Source of the DNA: Candidatus Kapaibacterium sp.
Lineage (GTDB): Bacteria; Bacteroidota; Ignavibacteria; Palsa-1295
Direction: 5' to 3'
Length of the DNA: 52,642 bases
Assembly (NCBI GenBank): GCA_038229915.1
Contig: JBBRNY010000004.1
Coordinates: 1 to 52,642 of the forward strand
In this document: positions 35,333 to 44,513 of the stretch, piece after piece
Layout: the number at the start of each line of letters is the position of its first letter
How positions within the stretch are numbered: position 1 is the stretch's first letter
Position numbers and translations under genes: made by a program
Notes under the pieces: model-generated
The model's database searches: none
Seen by the model: only the letters and a program-made list of their open reading frames with translations
Told to the model about the DNA's origin: nothing

Positions 35333-38296
35333 TTATTTTTTTGCAGTGTCTTTTGTCGGTGCCACAACCGTTCCATCACCCATTTGCTGATGCAATGAAT
35401 CGACGTGCCCTCTGAGACGATTGAATTCTTCTTCATATTCGCTACCGGTAAGGCTTTGACCAAAGGTCGCGAATAATTTATCATAGAGTTCAATGGCTTT
35501 TTTCTTGTCGCCTTTTTTCTCTGCTGCCATTGCCGAGATCTGCATATATCGAAGTTCGATATTTCCGCGGAATGACTGATCGGTCACCGTCTCACGCATT
35601 TTTGTAATGACTTGCAACGCTTTATCCATCTCCCCTACACCGATCAACGTTTCGGCATAAGTCAATTGCGTCATTATCTCGCGTTGCGATAGTGTACCCG
35701 TGAGCGTACTCTGATATTCTTTCTCTAACTTGCCAAGTGCAAAGTGAGCAAATTTCTCTGCCTTCTTTGTGTCGCCAGCTTTACGATAGAGCTGAGAAAT
35801 TTCTGCCGCCGTATTCCCCACATAGGCAACACGTTCTGGTGGAACATTCTCATCAAGAATATTCAGTGCTTTGATCGCCTGATCTGGTTTGCCGGTTGAC
35901 AAATAATACGCCGCTAATAATTCATACGCGTGTTGGTATGAATAGAACGGTGCATCGTTTGTACGGTCAGCATTGCTCCAACGCGCTTCCGGATCTTTGA
36001 ATGTGTTGATCAAGAAACCACGGTGATACTCTTTGTAAGGAGTTTTCACAAGATTGAAACAGCTTTCATAAAAAGCTTTTTCATTCACCGGTGGGATCGA
36101 GCGTGATGCACGCGCGATCGGGGTGACACGCTGTGACATACCTTCCCATACGAGATATGGGTTGAGCCCTATTTGATAATTACCAGGCACAGCCGATGCG
36201 AAATAGATCGGGCGGACGTTGATATTCCCTTCGACGATCGAACGAACGATCTGATCGGCAACGGTATAAACAAAGCCATCTTGACGCTGGAATTCGCCAC
36301 GATATTTCCAGACCATAGAACCGCCACCTGCATTGGGATCATCACTGAATTTTTTCATTGTTTCAGCAGTAACCGCAACAGTGACATTCTTTGGTTGATC
36401 GACATAGCCACGAACACCATTTTCTGACTCGTCCTCGCCTTTCAACAATTGATCGCTAAATCCCGGAAGATCAACTTTCTTTCCGGCACCTTCCCAAACA
36501 TCTTTTTTGAGCTGTTGGATATACCAACTCATATTGGCAAGCGAAAGATTGACGATACGAACATCACGGCGAATGCCATATACATCCTGCGCACACCATA
36601 ATGGGAATGTATCATTGTCACCGGCGGTGAATAAGATCGCATTCGGTTCACAGCTCTGCAATGAATTATAAGCATACTCGAGCGGGATGTTATTATGCGA
36701 ACGAGAGTATTCATGCCACTTCGAAGTTTCGGCAAACGATTTACCGCTAACCATTCCTGCAAGCCCTGCAAGTTGATTAAGTGGTACTAAAACCACAAGC
36801 GCCACAAGGACACCACCGAGCATTGCAATATTACCATCGCCTATCGGAACTGGCAACGGCTCATTCTTTTCAGGGTCGGCATTCGGATCTTTGAGTTTCC
36901 GTGCTCTTAGCCATTCCATAATTCCGGTCGCCCCTATTCCTACCCACATAGCGTAGAAATAAAATGCACCGACATAGAAATAGTCACGCTCACGCGGTTG
37001 CGGGTCCTGCTGGTTCTGATACCAAGCCGTCAGCCACCCAAAGAAAATAAACGCCGCAAGAATAGTGAGTGCACGTTTCGGATCGCGTCTGAAATGCCAG
37101 AACAATCCGAAGAGTCCTAAGATGAACGGCAATCCCCATGTTTTTGACCAATCGGTGCCTGCGTCTTGATCTTGACTCGCACGTCCGATAAAATTCCACG
37201 CTAAGTAGCGGTTGTACATGTGGTCGGTCTGGTAACGCCAGAAGAAATCCCAGTTGCCAGTGTAATTTTTGAACGTAGGTCCTTCTTGTCCGCTTTCATC
37301 CCCAACCTGACGTGGGAACGGAGGGCGGTAGCCATACTGGTCACGATTGATAAACTCTGTAAGGGTTTTGAAATTATCAGCATGATGCTGGTTCATCGGC
37401 GGCTCTTGGGCAGCGCGAACGATGATCATATAATAAGTAGAGTATCCAAGGAATATTAATACCGAAGCCCACAAGCTGAGATTAAGTGTTGCTTTTTTAT
37501 TCTTATGGCTCCAATAAATGGCATAGAATGCCGCGAGGAATAATAGGACGGTCGCACCAGCTACTCCGCCGCCTTTACCAAGCCATTCAACAATATAAGA
37601 GAGAACGAGTTTGTAAGAAAGAAAGAACGCAAGCACACTCGCCACAACCATACCAAGCCATGAAGTGATCGTCACCGTATTGCGGCGTCTGTAATAGATC
37701 AACATAAAGCATGGGAAGATCGTAAGCAATGCCAATTGATGCACGCCCATTGAAAGCCCGATCACATAGGCAGTCAGCAATAAATATTTTTCACTGTGTT
37801 CTTCTTCGGCGTGGTCATACCAGACCAACATGATCCAAGGTATCAGCGCCATAAAGAGCGAACCGAAAGCATATACTTCAGACTCAAGAGCATTGAACCA
37901 GAAGCTATCGGTATAGGTATAGCACAATGCCGCAATAAGAGCACCACCGTACGTTGTGAGCGCATCTGCCATTGTCGTTGGCGCACCACGCCAGAGCTTG
38001 ATCAAACGGGCAACCGTGAGATACAAGATCATGATCGTTACTGCCGAACTCAGTACCGAGAAAAAGTTATATCGTGCGACCAAGTCGGTATAGGTCGGGA
38101 GCATCATTGCAAAACGACCAATGATCGTCCAAAGTGGTGAACCTGGGGGATGAGGCACCTGTAAAGCAAAAGCCGCCGATGCGAATTCTCCGCAATCCCA
38201 GAATGGGATCGAGGGCTGCATTGTGTACATATACGTAAACAATGCCGCAAAAAAACTTAAACCGGCAAAGAGATAATGAACGCGTTTAAATTCCAT
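35333..38296 (-). CDS. DUF2723 / TMEM260-like GT-C membrane protein
   Basis: Motifs FWDCGEF, VPHPPGSP, SFWFNALESEVY, PRERDYFY and FTAGDNDTFPLW; helical TPR-like C-terminus. Confidence 0.9.
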   Translation of the reverse strand: MEFKRVHYLFAGLSFFAALFTYMYTMQPSIPFWDCGEFASAAFALQVPHPPGSPLWTIIGRFAMMLPTYTDLVARYNFFSVLSSAVTIMILYLTVARLIKLWRGAPTTMADALTTYGGALIAALCYTYTDSFWFNALESEVYAFGSLFMALIPWIMLVWYDHAEEEHSEKYLLLTAYVIGLSMGVHQLALLTIFPCFMLIYYRRRNTVTITSWLGMVVASVLAFFLSYKLVLSYIVEWLGKGGGVAGATVLLFLAAFYAIYWSHKNKKATLNLSLWASVLIFLGYSTYYMIIVRAAQEPPMNQHHADNFKTLTEFINRDQYGYRPPFPRQVGDESGQEGPTFKNYTGNWDFFWRYQTDHMYNRYLAWNFIGRASQDQDAGTDWSKTWGLPFILGLFGLFWHFRRDPKRALTILAAFIFFGWLTAWYQNQQDPQPRERDYFYVGAFYFYAMWVGIGATGIMEWLRARKLKDPNADPEKNEPLPVPIGDGNIAMLGGVLVALVVLVPLNQLAGLAGMVSGKSFAETSKWHEYSRSHNNIPLEYAYNSLQSCEPNAILFTAGDNDTFPLWCAQDVYGIRRDVRIVNLSLANMSWYIQQLKKDVWEGAGKKVDLPGFSDQLLKGEDESENGVRGYVDQPKNVTVAVTAETMKKFSDDPNAGGGSMVWKYRGEFQRQDGFVYTVADQIVRSIVEGNINVRPIYFASAVPGNYQIGLNPYLVWEGMSQRVTPIARASRSIPPVNEKAFYESCFNLVKTPYKEYHRGFLINTFKDPEARWSNADRTNDAPFYSYQHAYELLAAYYLSTGKPDQAIKALNILDENVPPERVAYVGNTAAEISQLYRKAGDTKKAEKFAHFALGKLEKEYQSTLTGTLSQREIMTQLTYAETLIGVGEMDKALQVITKMRETVTDQSFRGNIELRYMQISAMAAEKKGDKKKAIELYDKLFATFGQSLTGSEYEEEFNRLRGHVDSLHQQMGDGTVVAPTKDTAKK

Positions 38297-38449
38297 TCCT
38301 GCTTAATTTGGGTGAAAATGATGTATGGTAACCACAAAATGCCTTAGAGTGCTCCCTCTGTTAAGAATAAAAAAGGGCAATTCCCTATCAGAAAGTATTC
38401 TCAGTCATTCGAAAAAACACAATTATTGTTTCGTAAAATTCGTAGTTTG

Positions 38450-38457
38450 CAAACATA
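38450..38457 (-). promoter_or_regulatory. Possible -7 promoter element for the DUF2723 gene
   Basis: TATGTTTG on minus, about 150 nt upstream of the ATG. Confidence 0.4.
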
Positions 38458-38507
38458 CCCTACCATTTTCATCTGTATAAATCAACTACTTAATGGTATG
38501 AAGAAAA

Positions 38508-39596
38508 TCAGTAGATAGACTTCAAAATCGTAGGGCGGAAGGTAGTACTTAAACGTCCATCACGGGAGATTGAATTGCTACCATAAACTATGCTATTCTC
38601 ATCAGGCGACCATTCAGGGAATAGACAGATTGCAGAAATTTTTGGTTCATAGGGGTCTGTATCCAAGACAGTCTTTAGCAAAGACACTCTATCAATTATC
38701 CCAACTTCGCTGTCTTCATAAGCCGTTTGACCAAATGAAGACGGAGGATATGAACTATACAATATCTTTGATCCGTCATGATTATAACGTAGGAAAAGAC
38801 ACCAACGACTATCGTTAACTGTAAAAGTAACTGGAAGTGTATCCTGTTTTTTTGTTGTAAAATTAAATTCGAACACAATAGGTGATCTGTTGTAGCCGCC
38901 AGAGGGAATAAGCAGGCGAGAATGGTCTGGGTGAATATCAAAACCATTTCGTAATTCTCGGGGACCGAGGTCGGAAATATGCCGCAATAATAATTGTTTA
39001 GAATTTTTACTTCGTACATATAAATAATACCCGGCATCGGAGGGATTGACATTTGATGGGGAATAACTCCCGTACGAATAATATAATATAGAGTCATCAC
39101 TTAGATAGCGCGCGGTTGAGATATTGTTTGAAGTGTCTAACAATTGTGTGATTAGTAGTGATGCAAGATCAATGAGCTGAAGGCCTCCGGAATTATTTCT
39201 ATTGTATTTAACCGTAAGCAACTGAGTTTTATCGGGATTAAAGCTCATCGACAAAATGCCAGCAATAATTGGACTGGTATTCGTATTATCAAAAAGGAGA
39301 ACTGAATCATGGATCAATTTGAAGCTATCGTCAAAATCATAATATCGAAGAGGATTCACAGAATAAATTCTGTGCCCTTTCCATAGATTCGTATGAAAGA
39401 CACCTTCCTCCAAAGCTGTGCCATTTTGTGTAAAATGATAATCTGAAGAAAATACTACCCATTTTGATGGTGCGGTCGAAACGGGTACGGTCGGCGAATT
39501 ACAACTTACTAACACACTGACTATTGGAATAAAGGTCAGTAGAAAAATCACCCGAGTCCCAAAATTTACTACAAATTTTTTCATTGATAATACCAT
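38508..39596 (-). CDS. Hypothetical lipoprotein with TolB/PD40-like beta-propeller
   Basis: Lipobox LVSC and repeats FNPDKTQL, IHPDHSRL, YNHDGSKILY, WSPDENSIVY. AT-rich. The start could be MKKF at 39584. Confidence 0.7.
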   Translation of the reverse strand: MVLSMKKFVVNFGTRVIFLLTFIPIVSVLVSCNSPTVPVSTAPSKWVVFSSDYHFTQNGTALEEGVFHTNLWKGHRIYSVNPLRYYDFDDSFKLIHDSVLLFDNTNTSPIIAGILSMSFNPDKTQLLTVKYNRNNSGGLQLIDLASLLITQLLDTSNNISTARYLSDDSILYYSYGSYSPSNVNPSDAGYYLYVRSKNSKQLLLRHISDLGPRELRNGFDIHPDHSRLLIPSGGYNRSPIVFEFNFTTKKQDTLPVTFTVNDSRWCLFLRYNHDGSKILYSSYPPSSFGQTAYEDSEVGIIDRVSLLKTVLDTDPYEPKISAICLFPEWSPDENSIVYGSNSISRDGRLSTTFRPTILKSIY

Positions 39597-39631
39597 CTTA
39601 AACTAATTCTTTATTATCAAAGTGGGTTCCC

Positions 39632-40948
39632 TCACTTAATCTCAATCCTTTCGATCTGTACACCCAAGCCTTGAAGTTTTTGTTGGATGCGTTCGTAGCC
39701 TCGCTCTACGTGATGTATTCCTGTTATCGTACTGGTGCCTTTGGCAATTGCGGCGGCAATGAGATAGACAAAACCCGCGCGAAGATCGGGAATCACAATA
39801 TCTGCGCCTTTGAGTTTGGTTGGTCCGAAGATCACTGCCGAGTGGGGATATGCCATCGTTGTAAAGCGGCACTCGCCACCACCGAGACACGAGTTATATA
39901 ACTCTATGTGCGCGCCCATCTTGCGAAGCTCGCTCACATACCCAAATCTATTCTCATAGACGGTTTCATGAACGACCGATAACCCTTCGGCTTGCGTCAT
40001 CATTAATACCCACGGCTGCTGCCAATCAGTCATAAAGCCTGGGTGGACATCTGTTTCCATTGCCACAGAACGGAGTTTGCCATTATAAAAGAATCGTATG
40101 CCTTCAGGGGTAATGTCAAACTCTCCGCCGGCGCGGCGCATGGAGTTCAAGAATGTGAGCATTGCTGATTGATCCGCATCTTCGATAAAGACATCACCTT
40201 TTGATGCGACCGTCGCACAAGCGAACGACGCTGCCTCGATACGATCGGGGATGATACGATGAGTTGCGCCATGCAAATGGCTCACTCCTTCGATCACAAG
40301 ACGACGGTTGGTCTCCATCGAAATGATGGCGCCCATTTTTTGCAAAAATTTAATAAGCTCAACGATCTCCGGCTCGACAGCAGCATTTTCGATGATCGTC
40401 GTGCCTGAGGCAAGTGTAGCCGCTATCAAAATATTTTCGGTTGCCCCGACACTCGGAAATGGAAGCTCGATATGCGCTCCGTGAAGTTTGTCTGCTTTAC
40501 AATGATAGTACGAATCTTTGTGGTCGATGTGTGCACCCATCTTCCGAAGTGCACCGATATGGAAATCTACAGGTCTCGCCCCGATCTTATCACCACCGGG
40601 AATAGAGACAGTGGCAATACCGGTCCGATGCAATAAAGGTCCGATCATCAAGATCGGTATGCGATTGAGCAACGCAAATCGCTCCGGCACCTGTGATGTA
40701 GAAAATGTCGGCGTTGAAACCCTGACCGTACCATGGTCGTCGCTCGATTCGGCAAGTTGTGCTCCGAGCGAGGTGATAATATCACTCGTGATCTCGGTCT
40801 CGCCCAAATGCAATGGTACATTCGTAAAGACACTTTCGAACTCCGAAAGCGTCGAAGCGACCAACAGCTTCGAGATCAAATTCTTCGTGCCGCTGACTCG
40901 AACTCTGCCACTGAGCGGTTTTCCCCCTTCGATGCGAAATGCTTCCAT
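39632..40948 (-). CDS. murA: UDP-N-acetylglucosamine 1-carboxyvinyltransferase
   Basis: Motifs SGTKN, PGGDKIGARPVDFH, SVGATEN, EPEI, PDRIEAA, PGF.TD.Q, YENRF, DLRAG and RGYE. Confidence 0.96.
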   Translation of the reverse strand: MEAFRIEGGKPLSGRVRVSGTKNLISKLLVASTLSEFESVFTNVPLHLGETEITSDIITSLGAQLAESSDDHGTVRVSTPTFSTSQVPERFALLNRIPILMIGPLLHRTGIATVSIPGGDKIGARPVDFHIGALRKMGAHIDHKDSYYHCKADKLHGAHIELPFPSVGATENILIAATLASGTTIIENAAVEPEIVELIKFLQKMGAIISMETNRRLVIEGVSHLHGATHRIIPDRIEAASFACATVASKGDVFIEDADQSAMLTFLNSMRRAGGEFDITPEGIRFFYNGKLRSVAMETDVHPGFMTDWQQPWVLMMTQAEGLSVVHETVYENRFGYVSELRKMGAHIELYNSCLGGGECRFTTMAYPHSAVIFGPTKLKGADIVIPDLRAGFVYLIAAAIAKGTSTITGIHHVERGYERIQQKLQGLGVQIERIEIK

Positions 40949-40977
40949 AAAGATTTATAATCAATACCACGAAAATA

Positions 40978-40997
40978 CAATGCCCACCGAGGCATTG
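40978..40997 (-). terminator. Hairpin, possible terminator between the propeller gene and murA
   Basis: CAATGCC-N6-GGCATTG, followed by TATTTT on minus. Confidence 0.4.
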
Positions 40998-41027
40998 ATC
41001 AAATTGTGGTGATAGTCAAAGAAATTA

Positions 41028-42098
41028 TTATTGTACAGTAATGATATCGGTCGTCGTCTTTTTTGCTACGTCGTAGATCTGCAGTTTCTTGCCGTCTGCT
41101 GTTTTTACTGTCAGAAGGATCATCGTTTCTTTGCCATTGCAGATAGCATCGAGAAGATCGGGTGACGAAAGTATTTCTGCGCTCCCCGGACCATCAGTAA
41201 TATGGAATACGCCATCCTTTTTCATAAAAAAGAATTTACCACCGATCGAAGGATTGATAAATGAAATATTACCATCATGAATGTCAACTCGATCACTCGT
41301 CAATACTGTTTGTGTTGTGAGTGTGGGAATAATGAGATGGGTCTCCGTAGTTGCTGAACTGCCCTCAAGTAAGTAGAATTGTTTGCCATTCGGTGCCCAC
41401 ATCGCTGAAAGAATTTTAGTGTCAGCCGCTGGAGTTTCGAATGTCGTGCGTTCGGTTGTCTGGACGTCCGACAGTATCAATTTCGAAGTCAATGGCTCTT
41501 TGAGCAAAACGAGGTTTTGGTCTTTTGTCCAAGACATCAATTCATAATTCTTGTCATTGGCAAACACTAACTCGGAAATATTTTGTGCAATATCATAACG
41601 ATAGAAATCCGTTTTTGTGGGATTTGATTTATTGGAGGAGTAATAAAGATACTTCCCGTTATAGGAAGCACCAAGCATAACGTTTGACACGCCTTCTTTG
41701 GTCGGCGTCAGGTCTTCGCTTATGCCGCTCGGGGTGCTCGATATTTTATAGAGATGATAGTCCGTCGGTTTCCCTGCCGATGCTTTCATATAGATCAGCA
41801 ACGGTTTGTTCGGGACTTGATAGAATTTGACAATTGAAACATCACTCACATCAGTGATCTGCGAAGCAGCTTTTGCTTTGAGGTCGAAGGCATAAATATT
41901 CGCAAACCCCGAAGCTGCCTTGCTCAAGTACATTATACGCTTATCATCGTTCGAGAAAAATGCATTGAGCGTGTTTGCGTCCGAGCTTACTGCTTGCACA
42001 CCCCAATATTGGGCTTTTGCATCGATTGAAACGCTCAAGATCAATATCAGCGTAAGACTCAGCGTTGTGAGCGAGAAAAATGGTTTTGCCTTCATCAA
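41028..42098 (-). CDS. Secreted TolB-like beta-propeller protein
   Basis: Signal peptide; repeats FSNDDKRIMY, SYNGKYLYYSSN and WAPNGKQFY. No alpha/beta-hydrolase domain follows. Confidence 0.7.
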   Translation of the reverse strand: MMKAKPFFSLTTLSLTLILILSVSIDAKAQYWGVQAVSSDANTLNAFFSNDDKRIMYLSKAASGFANIYAFDLKAKAASQITDVSDVSIVKFYQVPNKPLLIYMKASAGKPTDYHLYKISSTPSGISEDLTPTKEGVSNVMLGASYNGKYLYYSSNKSNPTKTDFYRYDIAQNISELVFANDKNYELMSWTKDQNLVLLKEPLTSKLILSDVQTTERTTFETPAADTKILSAMWAPNGKQFYLLEGSSATTETHLIIPTLTTQTVLTSDRVDIHDGNISFINPSIGGKFFFMKKDGVFHITDGPGSAEILSSPDLLDAICNGKETMILLTVKTADGKKLQIYDVAKKTTTDIITVQ

Positions 42099-42159
42099 TG
42101 GAATTTAATAAGTTACCAGTAGCGAACGCCTTCTTTTGATGAATAGTTATAGTAAAACT

Positions 42160-43620
42160 ATGCCAGGAAAAAAGGTTTATATCGAGACGTATGGTTGCCA
42201 GATGAACGTGGCTGATAGCGAGGTCGTACTATCAGTACTCTCGAAAGCGGGCTATACCCCAGTCACTACTGTCGATGGCGCCGATCTCGTGTTGATGAAT
42301 ACCTGTGCGATACGCGAGAACGCCGAAGAAAAAGTCTGGCACCGCCTCCAGCATTGGCGTGGTATAAAAAGACGCAACCCGGGTATGGTCATGGGTGTGC
42401 TTGGTTGTATGGCAGAACATCTTCGCAAAGACTTGCTCAAGAGCGAAGGTAATATCATCGATCTCGTCGTCGGCCCTGATGAGTATCGCCGATTGCCATC
42501 GCTTATCGAATCCACAATTAGCAGCGGCAAAGGTGAGATCGCGATCAAACTTTCGCGCACCGAGACCTACGATGATATTCTTCCATTTCGAAATGAAGGT
42601 ATCAGTGCCTATATTTCAGTAATGCGAGGATGTGATAAGTTTTGCACATTTTGTGTAGTGCCGTTCACCCGTGGTCGCGAACGCTCTCGAACACTTGCTT
42701 CGATCACCGATGAATGTCGCGAGCTTGAACAACTTGGTTTCAAAGAGATCACATTGCTCGGGCAAAATGTAAACTCCTATAACGAAGATGGGAAAGATTT
42801 TTCCGATCTTCTCGAAGCTTGCGCAATCGCCGTGCCAACGATTCGTCTTCGTTATACCACTAGTCATCCGCAGGACTTCGATCAAAAGCTGGTCGATACG
42901 ATGGCAAGTTATGATAATATCTGCAAGTATATTCATTTGCCGATACAATCAGGCTCAGATCGCATTCTATCTTTGATGAATCGCACCTATACTCGTGCGC
43001 ATTATATGAATATCATCGAGATGATCAGGCGTGCAATGCCTACGGCAGCTCTTTCGACTGATATTATTATTGGTTTTTGCACCGAGACAACCGAAGATCA
43101 CGAAATGACGATGCAAGTGATGCGTGATGTAAAATTCGAAGGGGCATATACATTTAATTATTCTCCACGACCAAATACAAAAGCATTTGATACCCTGCCT
43201 GATGATGTACCCTTAGAAGAAAAGAATCGACGATTGAGCGAGCTTATCTCTTTGCAACGCGAGCATTGCGATCTCCGAAATATGCAAGATATTGGGTCGG
43301 TACAAACGATCTTGGTCGAAGGAAGATCAAAGAAAAATGCCGATGAATGGCAAGGGCGCAGTGATACGAACAAAATGGTTATTTTCCCGAGAATCGATGC
43401 TGAAGTAGGTGAATACAGAACAGTGAATATCAATCGCGCAAACTCTGCCGCTCTCTTTGGTGACTTGACAGACGTGAAGGCATATACAAGTAATGCCCAT
43501 CTTAATAATAACAGGGGCGAAGTGCTCTACGATCTGACGCCGCTTGTGATCTCATCAATTAGCCCTAATGAGCATATCGGAATTCAGCAACCTGCGGGGC
43601 TTTTACCAATCCTTCAATAA
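42160..43620 (+). CDS. miaB: tRNA methylthiotransferase MiaB
   Basis: Motifs ETYGCQMNVADSE, NTCAIRENAE, GCMAE, CDKFCTFC, LLGQNVNSY and HLPIQSGS; TRAM domain. Start moved to 42160. Confidence 0.97.
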   Translation: MPGKKVYIETYGCQMNVADSEVVLSVLSKAGYTPVTTVDGADLVLMNTCAIRENAEEKVWHRLQHWRGIKRRNPGMVMGVLGCMAEHLRKDLLKSEGNIIDLVVGPDEYRRLPSLIESTISSGKGEIAIKLSRTETYDDILPFRNEGISAYISVMRGCDKFCTFCVVPFTRGRERSRTLASITDECRELEQLGFKEITLLGQNVNSYNEDGKDFSDLLEACAIAVPTIRLRYTTSHPQDFDQKLVDTMASYDNICKYIHLPIQSGSDRILSLMNRTYTRAHYMNIIEMIRRAMPTAALSTDIIIGFCTETTEDHEMTMQVMRDVKFEGAYTFNYSPRPNTKAFDTLPDDVPLEEKNRRLSELISLQREHCDLRNMQDIGSVQTILVEGRSKKNADEWQGRSDTNKMVIFPRIDAEVGEYRTVNINRANSAALFGDLTDVKAYTSNAHLNNNRGEVLYDLTPLVISSISPNEHIGIQQPAGLLPILQ

Positions 43621-43623
43621 GCG

Positions 43624-44319
43624 ATGGAGCAATTGATCTCAGCGATTCGGTGGTTGCATATTGCGGCAGGGTTTACTGCATTTTTTGTTGCGCCAGCTGC
43701 GATGACCGTTCGAAAAGGCAGTGATGCACACCGACTCTGGGGCAAGATCTATTTCTGGGCTATGGCGACAGCGACCTTCGGTGCTCTGTTGGTCGCGGCA
43801 TACCGACCAAATTACTTTCTTCTCGGACTTTCTGTATTTAGTTTTCATCTCACCTTTATCGGTTATAGAATTCTTTTTCGTAAACGACCCGACAGGGGCG
43901 ACAAACCTAAATTCATAGATTGGCTCATCACTTGCGCCACAGTTCTTGCCGGAATTGGAATGATCTCTGTCGGATTAAGCATCGACGATTCCGGAGGGAC
44001 TATTCTCTTCTGTGCATTCGGCTTTGGTATGTTGGTAAATGCGATTATGACCATCAAAGAGTATATTAAACCGAAGCTTGACCCCAAAGAGTGGTTTATT
44101 ATTCACATGAATGGAATGCTTGCATCATATATTGCAGCTGTAACGGCATTCTCTGCGGTAAATTTTTCATTTTTACCGATGTTGGTTCGCTGGCTTTGGC
44201 CTTCGGTTATTGGGGCACCACTGATCGCAATATGGGTGGCGAAGTATCGAAAAAAATTTGCTGCGGGTGTTACGCCCAAACAAGTAGCCAAAGTGAAGAT
44301 CGGTGAGAATATCGGATAG
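43624..44319 (+). CDS. DUF2306-like membrane protein
   Basis: LHIAAG...KGS.AHR.WGKIY and W...HM.GM.ASYIAAVTAF; about six TM segments. Confidence 0.8.
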   Translation: MEQLISAIRWLHIAAGFTAFFVAPAAMTVRKGSDAHRLWGKIYFWAMATATFGALLVAAYRPNYFLLGLSVFSFHLTFIGYRILFRKRPDRGDKPKFIDWLITCATVLAGIGMISVGLSIDDSGGTILFCAFGFGMLVNAIMTIKEYIKPKLDPKEWFIIHMNGMLASYIAAVTAFSAVNFSFLPMLVRWLWPSVIGAPLIAIWVAKYRKKFAAGVTPKQVAKVKIGENIG

Positions 44320-44513
44320 TTTCTTGATGGAGCAATCTCTGTAACAATGGCATATTGAAGTCGTAGAGTCACAAAACTCACCGAGTTTACAAATAGTATC
44401 GTATTTTTAATACTCTGCAGGCATTTATTCTGAAGTACAATAAATATTATTCTAATCCGTTTCTAAGGTATCTACGTATTATACTCCGAACATTATCGGA
44501 AAAAACATTATTT

